In this document: positions 28,685 through 42,692 of the stretch, in pieces
Numbering within the stretch: the first letter of the stretch is position 1
Layout of the letters: every line of letters starts with the position of its first letter
NCBI GenBank assembly: GCA_951406725.2
Contig: OX597823.1
Span: 106,082,001 to 106,146,000, forward strand
Length of the DNA: 64,000 bases
Direction of reading: 5' to 3'
From: Octopus vulgaris
Taxonomy: Eukaryota
Notes under the pieces: generated by a model
The model's database searches: none
The model's input: only the letters and a program-made list of their open reading frames with translations
Told to the model about the DNA's origin: nothing
Made by a program: the position numbers and the translations under genes

Positions 28685-28808
28685 GGCGGAGAGCTGGCAG
28701 AAACGTTAGCACTCCAGGTGAAATGTATTGCGCTATTTCGCTTGCCGCTACGTTCTGAGTCCAAATTCGGCCGAGGTCGACTTTGCATTTTATCCTTTCG
28801 GGGTCGAT
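28685..28808 (+). mobile_element. SINE family A, 3'-truncated
   Basis: ggcggagagctggcagaaacgttagc...gtcgactttgcattttatcctttcggggtcgat. Confidence 0.85.
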
Positions 28809-28859
28809 TGATATCAGCGTTTCCTTACGTCCGCGTGATAGAAAGTTTAAATTATTTTT

Positions 28860-28915
28860 GTCTCTGAAGAGTTGTCCAGAAAGGTTTGGCTTTCGTGGAT
28901 ACGAAACCTTTGGTA
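28860..28915 (+). ncRNA. Hammerhead-like motif (family H6), stem I not evident
   Basis: CTGAAGA-gt-tgtcca-gaaag(gtttgg)ctttc-g-tggata-c-GAAA-cc(ttt)gGTA. Lies downstream of a weak PLE-like tail (KLLN...C near 28550). Confidence 0.45.
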
Positions 28916-28964
28916 AACCTATGACCAGAATTTAAGTTTTTGTTTTAAAATACATGTATATATA

Positions 28965-29105
<141 letters not shown>

Positions 29106-29161
29106 TCTTCATGAGCATCAAACTAAAACTTCTATATAATTGTAACCATACTATATTGATA

Positions 29162-29640
<479 letters not shown>

Positions 29641-29950
29641 TATACATACATACATACATACATACATACATACATACATACATACATACATCAATCCATA
29701 CATACATACATACATACATACATACATTCATACATACATACATACATATATCTTATTAACTACACCCATATATGAGATAATGCTTATATTGTTTTCGCTT
29801 AATTTAAACTTTGATTTGCTAACTGCCCCTGAAATTGCAGCTGTATTATTTATCTACAATTCTATCTTTTTATAAATTCTCTTTTTCGAGTAAAATGAGA
29901 GCGTGTACTACCATTTTCGTATATGTGTAGATGTGCTTGCTTAGACGGAT

Positions 29951-29998
<48 letters not shown>

Positions 29999-30631
29999 AC
30001 ACATACATACATGAGTGAGCAGGAATAGAAAAAATATATTTATGAATGTGTGAGTGTGTCTACATGTGTACAGGTGCGTGCGGCTGCGTTTCGCTCGACA
30101 GGTTTCTGGCAGTTCTCACCTATACTGCCATCTAAACCATCTATCATTATCAAGTTAGAATTTTCTTTGATCTATGGCAGCTTAGAGGGTTCACCCTTCC
30201 ATTTCTCCTTAGACATCCTGACAACAGTATTCTCCTTTATTTCCCAAAGGTGAAGTAAACATCAGAGAGGCTTTTCCTAACGCAGAAACTGTTGGAGCTA
30301 CTCGGAGGTCTTATAAGCTTTTCTGATGCATCACAGTGTTGGAAACCCTGTCATATAAGTATCGTCAACAGGTAAAGTTGTAGAAAGTGTATAGCGGTGA
30401 CACAGGCAGGATTGATATCAAGAGGTAATATTTATTCCCATTTAAACGTGTATGTTCTGTTAGGACAAACTTTATTGCAGAAGATATCACGAGACATTCT
30501 TATAGCCTTTTGGTGCAGAATACTCGGTCGTCTGTTCATATCGCCTGCGGGGAGATAAATGCCCGCCAACTCAAGCGCTAAGACCACAATTCCCATTCTA
30601 CAAACTGGCAAACAAGTCCGTGAATACTTTA

Positions 30632-30657
30632 CCGGGTAACGCCGCTAGTAAGCCTAG
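30632..30657 (+). mobile_element. Helitron-like 3' terminus (5' end not located)
   Basis: ccgggtaacgccg followed 9 nt later by CTAG and then T, resembling canonical Helitron 3' ends. Confidence 0.45.
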
Positions 30658-30736
<79 letters not shown>

Positions 30737-30790
30737 ATACACACACAAAATATATATATAAATATATATGTATATATATATATACATACC

Positions 30791-30828
<38 letters not shown>

Positions 30829-30829
<1 letters not shown>

Positions 30830-31143
30830 GGCGTAGTTGTGCGGTAAGAAGTTTGCTTCTCAACCACATGGTATGCGGTTCAGTCCCACTGCATGACATC
30901 TTAGGGAAGTATATTTTACTCGGGCCGACCAAAGCCTTGTGAGTGGATTTGGTAGATGTATGTATATATTTGTGAGTGTGCGTCTGTGTTTGTCCCCCAC
31001 CATCGCACGAAAACCGATGTCGGTATGTTTACGTCCTCGTAACTTAGTAGTTCGGCAAAGGAGACCGATTGAATGAGTACTATGAATAAGTCCTGGGATC
31101 CTAAAGGCGGTGCTCCATCATAGTCGCAGTCAAATGACTGAAA
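30829..31143 (+). mobile_element. SINE family B
   Basis: gcggtaagaagtttgcttctcaaccacatgg...cgggccgaccaaagccttgtgagtggatttggtaga...ctaaaggcggtgctcca...gcagtcaaatgactgaaa. Confidence 0.85.
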
Positions 31144-31221
31144 ATCAAATATATTCTTTTACTCATTTTTTTTTTACACGTTTCAGTCATTTGGCTGCAG
31201 CCAAGCTGGAGCGCCATCTCC

Positions 31222-31291
<70 letters not shown>

Positions 31292-31296
31292 TTGTT

Positions 31297-31352
<56 letters not shown>

Positions 31353-31397
31353 CATGCACAACAATAATATGTAAGATTACATACAATTATATGTAGA

Positions 31398-31612
31398 TGG
31401 TGGTGAGCTGGCAGAAACGTTAGCACGCCGGGCGAAATGCGTAGCCGCATTTCGTCTGCCGTTACGTTCTGAGATCAAATTCCGCCGAGGTCGACTTTGC
31501 CTTTCATCATTTCGGGATAGATAAATTAAGTACCAGTTGTAATCGACTTAATTCGTGTGTCTGTCCTTGTTTTCCCCCTCTGTGTTTAGCCCCTTGTGGG
31601 TAGTAAAGAAAT
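31398..31612 (+). mobile_element. SINE family A, full length
   Basis: Head, central block and tail agccccttgtgggtagtaaagaaata are all present. Confidence 0.9.
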
Positions 31613-31870
31613 AGATATTGTTTATGTACTAGAGAATCGAACCCCGCAATATGTATTATGTTTTTTTTTTCTATTCAATTTATTATGCATACTTTGCTTT
31701 CGGGACTCACAGTCTCTCTAGTGAAAAATATGCGTAGTTTCTGTAATAACGCAGAACGTATTGAGTGTCGAATCCTCATTTAATGAAAAGTTTTATATTA
31801 AGAATACAACACAGTATCTAGCTATCTAACTGTCTATACCCACGCACACACACATACATACATGCATACA

Positions 31871-31904
<34 letters not shown>

Positions 31905-31922
31905 CATACATACATACATACA

Positions 31923-31953
<31 letters not shown>

Positions 31954-32678
31954 GTCTGATTTGGACTGGGATTGTAAGTTATAAGCCTGTGGTCATCATT
32001 TCGAGTATTTGAGGACCCGATACATATTCATAAAAAGGATTTTTTTCTTCTTTTTAATCAACAGATAAACAAGATCACCGCTACGTCTCCATAGGATACA
32101 TTGGGGAAAAGGTTCCAAGCAGTGATTAAGCAAGTAAACACAGACAAAAGACTGCATATAGATTAGAGTATGTAGTGGTCCTTAGTGGAAGCGAATTCAA
32201 ATCACGTAAAAACACGTGTCACCCTCATACTATAATATATTGCAGGGGATTGTGACAATTTATATGAGATTGTGAGACCTAGGGGTCATCTATGGTTCTC
32301 AAAATATAGAAGATTATAACGGAAAAAAAATTGCTCAGAAATGAGAAAATGTTGGTTAAATATGAGTTTTGAGACAATATCGTTAAAGAAAAGAGAAAAA
32401 AAATAGTTGTCAATAAATAACATATATATACACACAAATGTACATACCTATATCTATGTATACATATTATTTATAAGAATGTATGAGATATATATATGTG
32501 TGTATATGTGTATGTATATATGTTTGTATGTATATATATGTATATATATCTTTATAAATATGTCTATATTTGTGTGTGTGTGTAGATGTACAGAAAAATA
32601 TATATTACATATGCAATATGTATATTTATGAAGAGACGAAAATTAGTTGTCAATAAATGACACATATAAATATGTATG

Positions 32679-32722
<44 letters not shown>

Positions 32723-32838
32723 TGCATACATACACACATACATGTATACATACATACATACATAAATACATACACACACACATACATATATACATACATA
32801 CATACATACATACATACATACATACATACATACATACA

Positions 32839-32869
<31 letters not shown>

Positions 32870-33562
32870 GGATGTATCTAAAATGTATATTTATGAAGGG
32901 AAGGAAATTACTTGCTGATAAATTAGATGTACCTTCACACACTCACACTCTCTCACACACACACACACTCTCTCTCTCTCACACACACACACACGCAGCA
33001 TATTAGTAAATTATTTATGCAATATAAGCAATATTAAGCATATTTATATTCCTTATTTTGTAGTTTGCAAACGCATCCTTCGTGACGAGATTCGAAACTG
33101 ATACATTTTGTTTATTAGAGAAGCGTACTACCTTTACCAGTACACCGAGAGATTAATTCTCAAATTAGATATAACCGTCTATGGACTCTGCAACACGCTT
33201 ATATGACCGGAACCTCACTGCAAACAGCTAATTGGCTGGTGAATACCACAAGCTTAAATGGGAACTTCGAGAAGGTAACGACTCTGATAAACAATGAAAC
33301 ATTTTCACCAAATTTAGGAGATGAGACATTTCCTGCTCAGAGTGTGTGTAAACGTTGTTGCATTTAGTCAGGAAGTGTAGTGCACGTGGTATTACTGCTA
33401 CCATGGTCTTGTTTTACTTTCTTGTCTATAAGCGGTGTGTAATGTTTAAAGACGCTATTTGTACCTTTCCATTTGTGCGGCTAGCAAAAACGTGTATATA
33501 GATACTTAAATACATAGTGTTCTATCTATCTATCTATCTATCAATCTATTTATCTATCTATC

Positions 33563-33629
<67 letters not shown>

Positions 33630-33636
33630 AATCTAT

Positions 33637-33696
<60 letters not shown>

Positions 33697-33704
33697 GAAT
33701 ACCC

Positions 33705-33764
<60 letters not shown>

Positions 33765-33779
33765 TATATATGTATATTT

Positions 33780-33918
33780 GGCGGCGAGCTGGCAGAAACG
33801 TTAGCACGCCGGGCGAAATGCGTAGCCGTATTTCGTCTGTCGTTACGTTCTGAGTTCAAATTCCGCCGAGGTCGACTTTGCCTTTCATCCTTTCGGCCCT
33901 TGTGGGCAGTAAAGAAAT
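33780..33918 (+). mobile_element. SINE family A, internally deleted
   Basis: Intact head joined at cctttcgg to the tail cccttgtgggcagtaaagaaata. Confidence 0.88.
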
Positions 33919-34012
33919 ATATATGTATATATATATATATATATATTTATACATATGTGTGTGTATGTAATTTTTTGGACTAATGGGTATATATCAATTA
34001 GTGTATTTTCTT

Positions 34013-34056
<44 letters not shown>

Positions 34057-34148
34057 TGTGTGTATGTGTACGTGTGTGTATGTATTTATGTATGTATTGT
34101 ATAAGATAAATAGATAGATATAATAACACAGCTGGGCAGAAGTTCACT

Positions 34149-34210
<62 letters not shown>

Positions 34211-35029
34211 TATATTATTTAATGTTACTTTAGAACCCGTATCATGTTCGTAAGAAGCACGAGGGGTAGAATTTGCAACTTAAGGATAATTGTACGTATT
34301 GACTATTTCTAAACGACTACACCTTTTGTTTCATTTTTATCAAGACACACACACACACTCACACACACGTGCACACAGCACACGCACACACGCATGGACA
34401 TATACATACATATCACAACCTTTACTAGTATATAGGTAGACACTGTCTATTTACTGATACACGGTATAATATATACATACCTGCACACACATATATGAGT
34501 GTGTGTGTATGTATAAACACAGACACACACACAGACATGCACACACACACACAAGTACATAGACACGTACACTCACACACACATACACATATACACACAC
34601 GAGTTCTAAGTATTGAAATGAATCTACAGTTTCTCCAGTATAACTCCATTTTAAAAGTACAATGTTCTCACAAATCCGTCATTTCCTTCTAACTTCATTC
34701 AATTTTCAAGCGCTTATCCATGACAAAATCAAGCGTTAGATAATTGAATTAATTCGCTATCTTCTGTTTCTCTTCTGTCGTTAGTTTAGAATGTTAACAT
34801 ACTACAGTACAGTTTATATTGGTTTATAAATGTTTGGATTATCCTGTTAAATTCTCATATAAGGTGTTCGTGTAAATGAGATGAGGGAATAATACATCTT
34901 ACCTGTCTAAAATGTTTACAGGAGTGTTTATTCTTCCTAGCACACATTTTGTCTCATTGACGCTTTTCAACAAATAATTTCAAACTTTGAATACGTATGT
35001 ATAATGCATGCGCATGTATGTATGTATGT

Positions 35030-35345
35030 GAAGGCACATGACACAGTGGTTAGAGCGTCAGGCTCACAATCATGAGGTAGTGAGTTCGATTCCCAGAACG
35101 GTCCATGTGTTGTGTTCTTGGGCAGGAGACTTTATTTCACGTTGTTCCAGTTCACCCAGCTATAGAAATGAGTTGCGACGTCACAAGTGCCAAGCTGTAT
35201 CGGCCCCTTTGCCTTTCCCTTGGATAGCATCAGTGGCGTGGAGAAGAGAGAATGGTATGCATGGGCGACTGCTGGCCTTCTATAAACAACCTTGCCCAGA
35301 CTTGTGCGTCGGAGGGTAACTTTCTAGGTGCATCCCATGGTCATT
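35030..35345 (+). mobile_element. tRNA-derived CORE-like SINE, family C-related
   Basis: gaaggcacatgacacagtggttagagc (A box), gagttcgattccc (B box), ttcttgggcaggagactttatttcacgttg...ccagttcacccagct. Confidence 0.8.
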
Positions 35346-35385
35346 CATTTGTCTTTACCCTTATAAGTCTTTACCCTTATAAGCA

Positions 35386-35835
35386 TGTACGTATGTATGT
35401 ATGTATGTATGTATGTATGTATGTATGTATGTATGTATGCATGTATGTATGTATGTATGTATGTATGTATGTATGTATGTATGTATGTATGTACGTATGT
35501 ATGTATGTAGGTATGTATGTTTGTACGTACGTATATATGTATGTATGTATGTACGTATGTATGTACGTATGTATGTACATACGTATGTATGTATGTATGT
35601 ATGTATGTAGGTATGTACGTACGTATGTATGTACGTATGTATGTATGTATGTACGTATGTATGTACGTATGTATGTATGTATGTATGTATGTATGTATGT
35701 ATGTACGTATGTATGTATGTATGTATGTATGTAGGTATGTAGGTATGTAGGTATGTATGTATGTACGTACGTACGTACGTACGTATGTATGTATGTACGT
35801 ACGTATGTATGTATGTAGGTACGTATGTATGTAAG
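35386..35835. repeat. (TATG)n microsatellite with TACG/TAGG variants
   Basis: Direct reading. Confidence 0.97.
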
Positions 35836-36252
35836 TATTATGGATGGATGGATAGACAGATGGATGTTCACCTTTTCTCTTCGTTCTAAGTGTATTTTTG
35901 AACTTCTCGGTGGCAAGGTTATAAAGCAAAAAAATTTTAATTTGATGGCATTTTTGTTTTGTACTTTTAGGTTTCACCAATATTCCTTTGAACCCTCAGT
36001 GTCAATATATTCTGCTTTGTTTGATTTGATTTTAATGTATGTATATATGTGAACATGCATTTATGCATGCATGTAGATATGTGTGTGTTGTGTGTGGGTG
36101 GGTGTAAGTGTATATACATACATTATATATATACTTTTCTCGCTGTATTTTTGCATCTTTTATTTTATTATTGATTTTCATATATAAATGAAGATATATC
36201 TTTTACATTATTTATATTCGACGGATATTTGTCCTCATCTTGTTTATTGTTA

Positions 36253-36296
36253 ACACAACGTTTCAGCTGATATACCCTCCAGCCTTCTTCAAGTGT
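36253..36296 (-). ncRNA. Minimal type I hammerhead motif (family H1), copy 2, in repeat 36200-36345
   Basis: Minus strand acac-TTGAAGA-a-ggctg(gagggtatat)cagct-GAAAC-GT-T-gtgt. C3 to U substitution. Flanks match the 11557-11665 copy. Confidence 0.7.
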
Positions 36297-36348
36297 CTTG
36301 GGGAAATTTCGATCCTGGGTTCTCATTGCTAAGGTATTTTTCGATCCC

Positions 36349-36537
<189 letters not shown>

Positions 36538-37088
36538 GAGTGAGAGAGCAGTTCATGCCATCAAAGTGACACGGGTAAAATATACGAAGCCCAATATACC
36601 CATCATGACTACCCGTCTGATAAAGGTACACCAGGCACATGCATCACAACCATATGTGCGCGACATGGTGATCTCATATCAAGATAAACAGCACATGACC
36701 TTGCAGGTGGGGCCCAGTTAGAATTTTCTTCAGGTTGAGTAGCCCATCCCGCTCAAACGGTCCCTGAATAAGGGTTGTTTAAGGATGTTGAAAGAACCAC
36801 CCATGTTTCCAGAGGTGAATTATTCAAACCCCAATGAATCCCTCTCAACACATGGCTATGATGCTCCCCCACTACTTTTGCTCGTGATCAGAGATGCACG
36901 TATCGTCAGCCACTAAGGGACATGCTCAACTTGTTAAAGTCAAACAACTGACAAGCAAATCTGTGGTATTGAGCAGAATATTTGCTGTAGCCCATCTTTT
37001 ATACCAAGACAAAACAATGTACATGATAACACTTCCAATCAGTTAAGATCAGAAGCCATGAGAGCCACTGCCTGGTACTGCATCAGGG
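36538..37088. mobile_element. 551-bp noncoding element in (TTA)n, copy 2
   Basis: Same ends and length as 14911-15461, scattered substitutions. Confidence 0.9.
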
Positions 37089-37113
37089 CAATTATTATTA
37101 TTATTATTATTAT

Positions 37114-37148
<35 letters not shown>

Positions 37149-37154
37149 TTATTA

Positions 37155-37270
<116 letters not shown>

Positions 37271-37322
37271 GTCGTTGTTATTATTATTATTTTTGTTATT
37301 ATTATTATTTTTATTATTATCA

Positions 37323-37382
<60 letters not shown>

Positions 37383-37907
37383 TTACTGCTTGGAATCGAA
37401 CTCCGAATATAAATAACGTAAACAATGTACATAATTCCTCATCACTTAAATATAGAACTGTATACCTTTTAATTTGCATTTGCTGCTTTTCTTTTCACAA
37501 AATGAGAAGAAACATTGTGGCACTAATATTTTAACGAGTAATATCTATTTATTACCCGAAGAGACACAGCTGTGCCATCGGATACTCCTGAACCAGTTGT
37601 TAAGTGTCCCACTCAATGCCAGATATGTCGAAACAATTGTCGTGATCAATAAAAGTTCTCGTATCCTCCATCTTTCGTTTTTCATTTACCATATATATTA
37701 TATATATATATATATGTATATATATATGTGTGTGTGTGTGTATGTGTGTGTGTGTGTGTATGTGTATGCATATATACAAACATGTATGTATGTATACATA
37801 TATTTTAATGTTTAATTGTATGCTATAATAAAAATAGTTCTACATTAAACTGATGCATTACTTAATACACACACACACTAACACATACGCACGCACACGC
37901 ACATATA

Positions 37908-38220
37908 GGGTACTATAGCCCCAGGCCGACCAAAAGCCTTGTGAGTAGATCTAGTAAACGGAAACTGAAAGAAGTCCTTCGTATATACACACACACACAT
38001 ATGTATATTATATATGTGTGTGTGTGCGTGTGTATGTGCGTGAATTTGTGTGTGCATTTCTGTGTTTGTCCCCCCTCCATCGCTTGACAATCTATGTTGG
38101 TGTGTTTACGCCCCCGTAACTTAGCGGTTGGGCAGAATAAGTATTAGGATTACAAAGAATAAGCCCTGGGGTCGATGCTCCGGCATGGATGCCTCTAAAT
38201 AACTGAAACAAGTAAAAGAA
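37908..38220 (+). mobile_element. SINE family B, 5'-truncated
   Basis: tactatagccccaggccgaccaaaagccttgtgagt...gaaactgaaagaag-(microsatellite)-tcgcttgacaa...gtaacttagcggtt...ctgaaacaagtaaaaga. Confidence 0.85.
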
Positions 38221-38313
38221 TATAGGTATATATATACATATATATATACACACATACATACATAGATACATACACACATACACACACTCACACACACACA
38301 CACATACACACAC

Positions 38314-38404
<91 letters not shown>

Positions 38405-38406
<2 letters not shown>

Positions 38407-38593
38407 AGTAAGGAAAATTTTTTTTAAAATGCAGAATGCTCAAATAAAAGAAAATTTTAATAAAATGAGAAATTGATAAAATATATAAATATATATTTTT
38501 ATATATATTTATATATTTTATCAATTTCTCATTTTATTAAAATTTTCTTTCATTTGAGCATTCTGCATTTTTTAAAAAATTTTTCCTTACTTA
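38405..38593. repeat. Near-perfect long palindrome (about 90-bp arms, very short spacer)
   Basis: taagtaaggaaaattt...gcagaatgctcaaat...gagaaattgataaaatatataaatatata pairs with tatatttatatattttatcaatttctc...atttgagcattctgc...aaattttccttactta. Confidence 0.95.
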
Positions 38594-38636
38594 TCATTTC
38601 TCCACGTGCGGTCAACACAACCCCACCATTTATTGA

Positions 38637-38699
<63 letters not shown>

Positions 38700-38756
38700 T
38701 TTCTGAATGTGATAAAAAACTAAGGCTGTGAAAGATTTCAGGACATTTATGAATAG

Positions 38757-38804
38757 GTCTTACAGCTGTTTCCGGGATATTTTATATATCCCTTCATCGG
38801 AGAC
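38757..38804 (-). ncRNA. Minimal type I hammerhead motif (family H3), U4 to C
   Basis: Minus strand gtct-CCGATGA-a-gggatat(ataaa)atatccc-g-GAAAC-agct-GTA-agac. Stems I and II are intact and stem III is the palindrome acagctgt. Confidence 0.7.
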
Positions 38805-39139
38805 AGCGTGAGAAAATGGTTAAGCAATAGTTAATTTAGATAAGATATGGAATTGAGAGTGAAGTGGAGGAATGAAAACAGACGTGAGATATGCAGGGAT
38901 ATTGCATCTGTAGTTCCATTATTTAGGCAGAATGGTATACATATAAGATTTCAGTACCTTGTGAGTAAGTTCCAATAGTATTTAAAATTGGTCATTCCAA
39001 GCATTGAGTTTGTACTCAGTGTTATTGAAACGGTGTTATTGAATGAGTGATGGGAATGTCTATCTTGGGTTGCCTTATTCTTCTTATTTTTCTTTCTGTT
39101 TGCCTTCTTATTTTTCATCAACAATTTTAACAATTCAGT

Positions 39140-39635
39140 CAGTAGTGCATTCTCTTTTATTTATCATGACTTCTTGCCAATATTTTGCCTCGCTGTTAGC
39201 GAGCGGTCAAAAATGGTAATAGTTTGAAAGTGTTATATCAGGAGAATACGTTGAGTGCAGTAGAATATCTTAACTGGGCTCTTACATAGCAAATAAACGT
39301 CGTGTGGGTGAGCATTGTGTTGAACAAATATGCTGTGCCGTCGGTCAGGTCATTGAAATGAGCAAGTCGGCCGGAACGCAGAGAGTCTTCGAGATTGAGT
39401 TTCTCCTCCTTGAACCCCGAAAACTATTTATATGCAGTTCTTTCAGTTATAGCGCTTTTCCTGTAGACAGCACAAATATCTCGAACGGATTTGGCAGCTT
39501 CGGAACCTTCACTGAGAGCGAAAAGAAGCTTCTGTCGAAAAAGCTCACATTCTTATGTTTCTACTTAGCACTCTATCATCATTTGCCTGAAGAGAGTTAA
39601 GTTAAACGATAAACAAAAGTTGTGGGTAAAGAATA
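39140..39635 (-). pseudogene. Internally deleted mariner transposase fossil
   Basis: Minus strand EAAKSVRDICAVYRKSAITERTAYK*F, NLEDSLRSGR, HNAHPH (like HDNARPH), HSTYSPDITLSNYY (like HPPYSPDLAPSDY). Boundaries approximate. Confidence 0.8.
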
Positions 39636-39766
39636 GAGCTACAACCCCCATCAATTACCAACGCCTCCCCCCCACACACATAAAACGCTAGCATAAAATG
39701 CTATTTTCGTGTTATTACAAATATCATTGGAAATTACATTGGAAAAAGAATTTACCTGACAGCAGT

Positions 39767-39812
<46 letters not shown>

Positions 39813-39816
<4 letters not shown>

Positions 39817-40042
39817 CTTTACTACCCACAAGGGACTAAACGCAGAGGGGACAAACGAGGACAAACAGACGGATTAAGTCGATTACATCGACCCCAGGGC
39901 GTAACTGGTACTTAATTTATCGACCCCGAAAGGATGAAAGGCAAAGTCGACCTCGGCGGAATTTGAACTCAGAGCGTAACGGCAGACGAAATACGGCTAC
40001 GCATTTCGCCCGGCGTGCTAACGTCTCTGCCAACACGCCGCC
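39813..40042 (-). mobile_element. SINE family A, full length
   Basis: Complete reverse-complement copy from the ggcggcg head to the gggtagtaaagaaata tail. Confidence 0.92.
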
Positions 40043-40346
40043 TATATAAAAACATATATATATGTTTGTATGTGTGCATGTATGTATGTATGTATGTATA
40101 CCGTATTTTAATGTGTATAATGAATCCATTTTTGTCAAAAATTTAGTTAAAAAAATATGGGAGTTTCTTATATATGGATAGTATTGTAATCCCTTACAAA
40201 ATCTTTTTTTCAGAATTTTAAGCGCCCCCCGCCCAAATTAGAGGGTTACCTATACACGTTAACATGCAGTATATATGTGATCGCGAGTGTATCGTTGACG
40301 ATTTTCTTTCTACGTCTTGCCTTCCTTCGACCATTCACTTTTCTAT

Positions 40347-40381
40347 GTTTCTGAAGAAGAGCTCCGCTCGAAACGTTAAAT
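40347..40381 (+). ncRNA. Minimal type I hammerhead motif (family H2), intact core, in repeat 40277-40468
   Basis: gttt-CTGAAGA-a-gagc(tcc)gctc-GAAAC-GT-T-aaat. Flanks are homologous to 24398-24536 in the opposite orientation. Confidence 0.78.
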
Positions 40382-40483
40382 CCTCCTTCTTTCTTTCCTT
40401 TCTTGAGTGTCCAATAACAAACACTATACTTGTTCTACGTCCTCGCGTTGTTGTGTTTTCTCTTTGCGTTTTCATGTTTGGAT

Positions 40484-40555
<72 letters not shown>

Positions 40556-40568
40556 TACATATATATAT

Positions 40569-40607
<39 letters not shown>

Positions 40608-40660
40608 TACATATATAGTGATATACATATACATAGTAATAGGGATGAATAACTATATAA

Positions 40661-40696
<36 letters not shown>

Positions 40697-40704
40697 TTAT
40701 TATT

Positions 40705-41344
<640 letters not shown>

Positions 41345-41819
41345 GGAAGGAGAGAGAGAGACAGATAGGCAGATTGACAGAAGGACAGAGGCAGAGGCAA
41401 AGAGAAAGTGGAGACAGGGGGAGGAGATGGAGAGAGAGAAATAGACAGATTGAAAGAGAACTAGAATGAATTGGATGGAGAAAGGATCAGTGACAAATTA
41501 TGACGGAAGAAGTGGCTGCAAAAGAGAAAATATCTGGAGGTAACCAAGCCGAAGAGCGGGGATGGGGGGGGGGGGGTAGATGAGGAATAAGACGTTGAAG
41601 AGAAGAAAGTGGTGGGTGGGGGTTTGGAAAGTAGCAGGGTGAATGCAATGAAAGTTTTGTGGCATTTTGTGCAGACAAGTTTCTTAAACAGATATAAAGA
41701 AAATTCGGTGCATTTCTTGTTGCACCGACATCGCTGCTAGCGCCGACGTTTCATATACAGCAACTGTAGTGTTTTGCCAAAGAAATGAGATATGTATATA
41801 GAAACAACAGAAAACTCAC

Positions 41820-41843
41820 CGACCGTCAGCACCGCCACCAACA
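41820..41843 (-). other. Candidate 24-nt microexon
   Basis: Minus strand ttattttctttttgTGCgattttgtctttAG | tgttggtggcggtgctgacggtcg | GTGAGT. Confidence 0.4.
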
Positions 41844-42321
41844 CTAAAGACAAAATCGCACAAAAAGAAAATAAATCTCAAAAAGTATCTACCCACATTC
41901 TACACATTAAACATCCCGCACACCTAACAATAAAAACTGACGGGGAAAAAACGTAACAAAATGACCAAAAATAGAATAAAAACAGAAGACAATATAACAA
42001 AGCACAAACACAAAAAGACACAACCCAAAAGCTAACAAAACGAATTGAAATCGAGGCTGTATATGGTGACAAGCCAATAAAGATTCGTCACTCTTATAAT
42101 TTAGTGACAGAAATGTCGTTGGTGCTTAATTGAAAGCTTTTGCCAAGACAAACTAATGGCGCCTTATTCTGAGATTTACTATTAGAAACCGAACAATCTT
42201 TAAACAGATATTGTTCCTGCATCTATTTCAATATATTCTGAAATTATAGACATCTACTCTGCCATTAACAAGCACACATATATCGTATATACAGATACAT
42301 ATTCAGATGTTATACATTTGC

Positions 42322-42363
<42 letters not shown>

Positions 42364-42469
42364 TATGTATGTATTATATATGTATACATACAAATTTACA
42401 CAAACACACAGAAATCACATACACACACCTATACTCTCGTACATGTATACATATGCACAGGCATACATG

Positions 42470-42500
<31 letters not shown>

Positions 42501-42640
42501 GTATATATATGTATATATATATATATGGGCATATATATATATATATATAATTATATATCATATATATATATTTATAGATGTGGGGCTTACGTATATGTGT
42601 ACGTATATATGCTAGCATCTGTGTGTGTCCATATATCCAG

Positions 42641-42692
<52 letters not shown>

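Noticed and set aside
34897-34990. Minus-strand donor CAG|GTAAGA
   Set aside because: No convincing acceptor giving an open exon upstream.
39970-40042. tRNA genes at SINE heads (also 35030, 51294, 56560)
   Set aside because: A/B boxes are present but I could not build a proper cloverleaf, and each continues into a SINE body.
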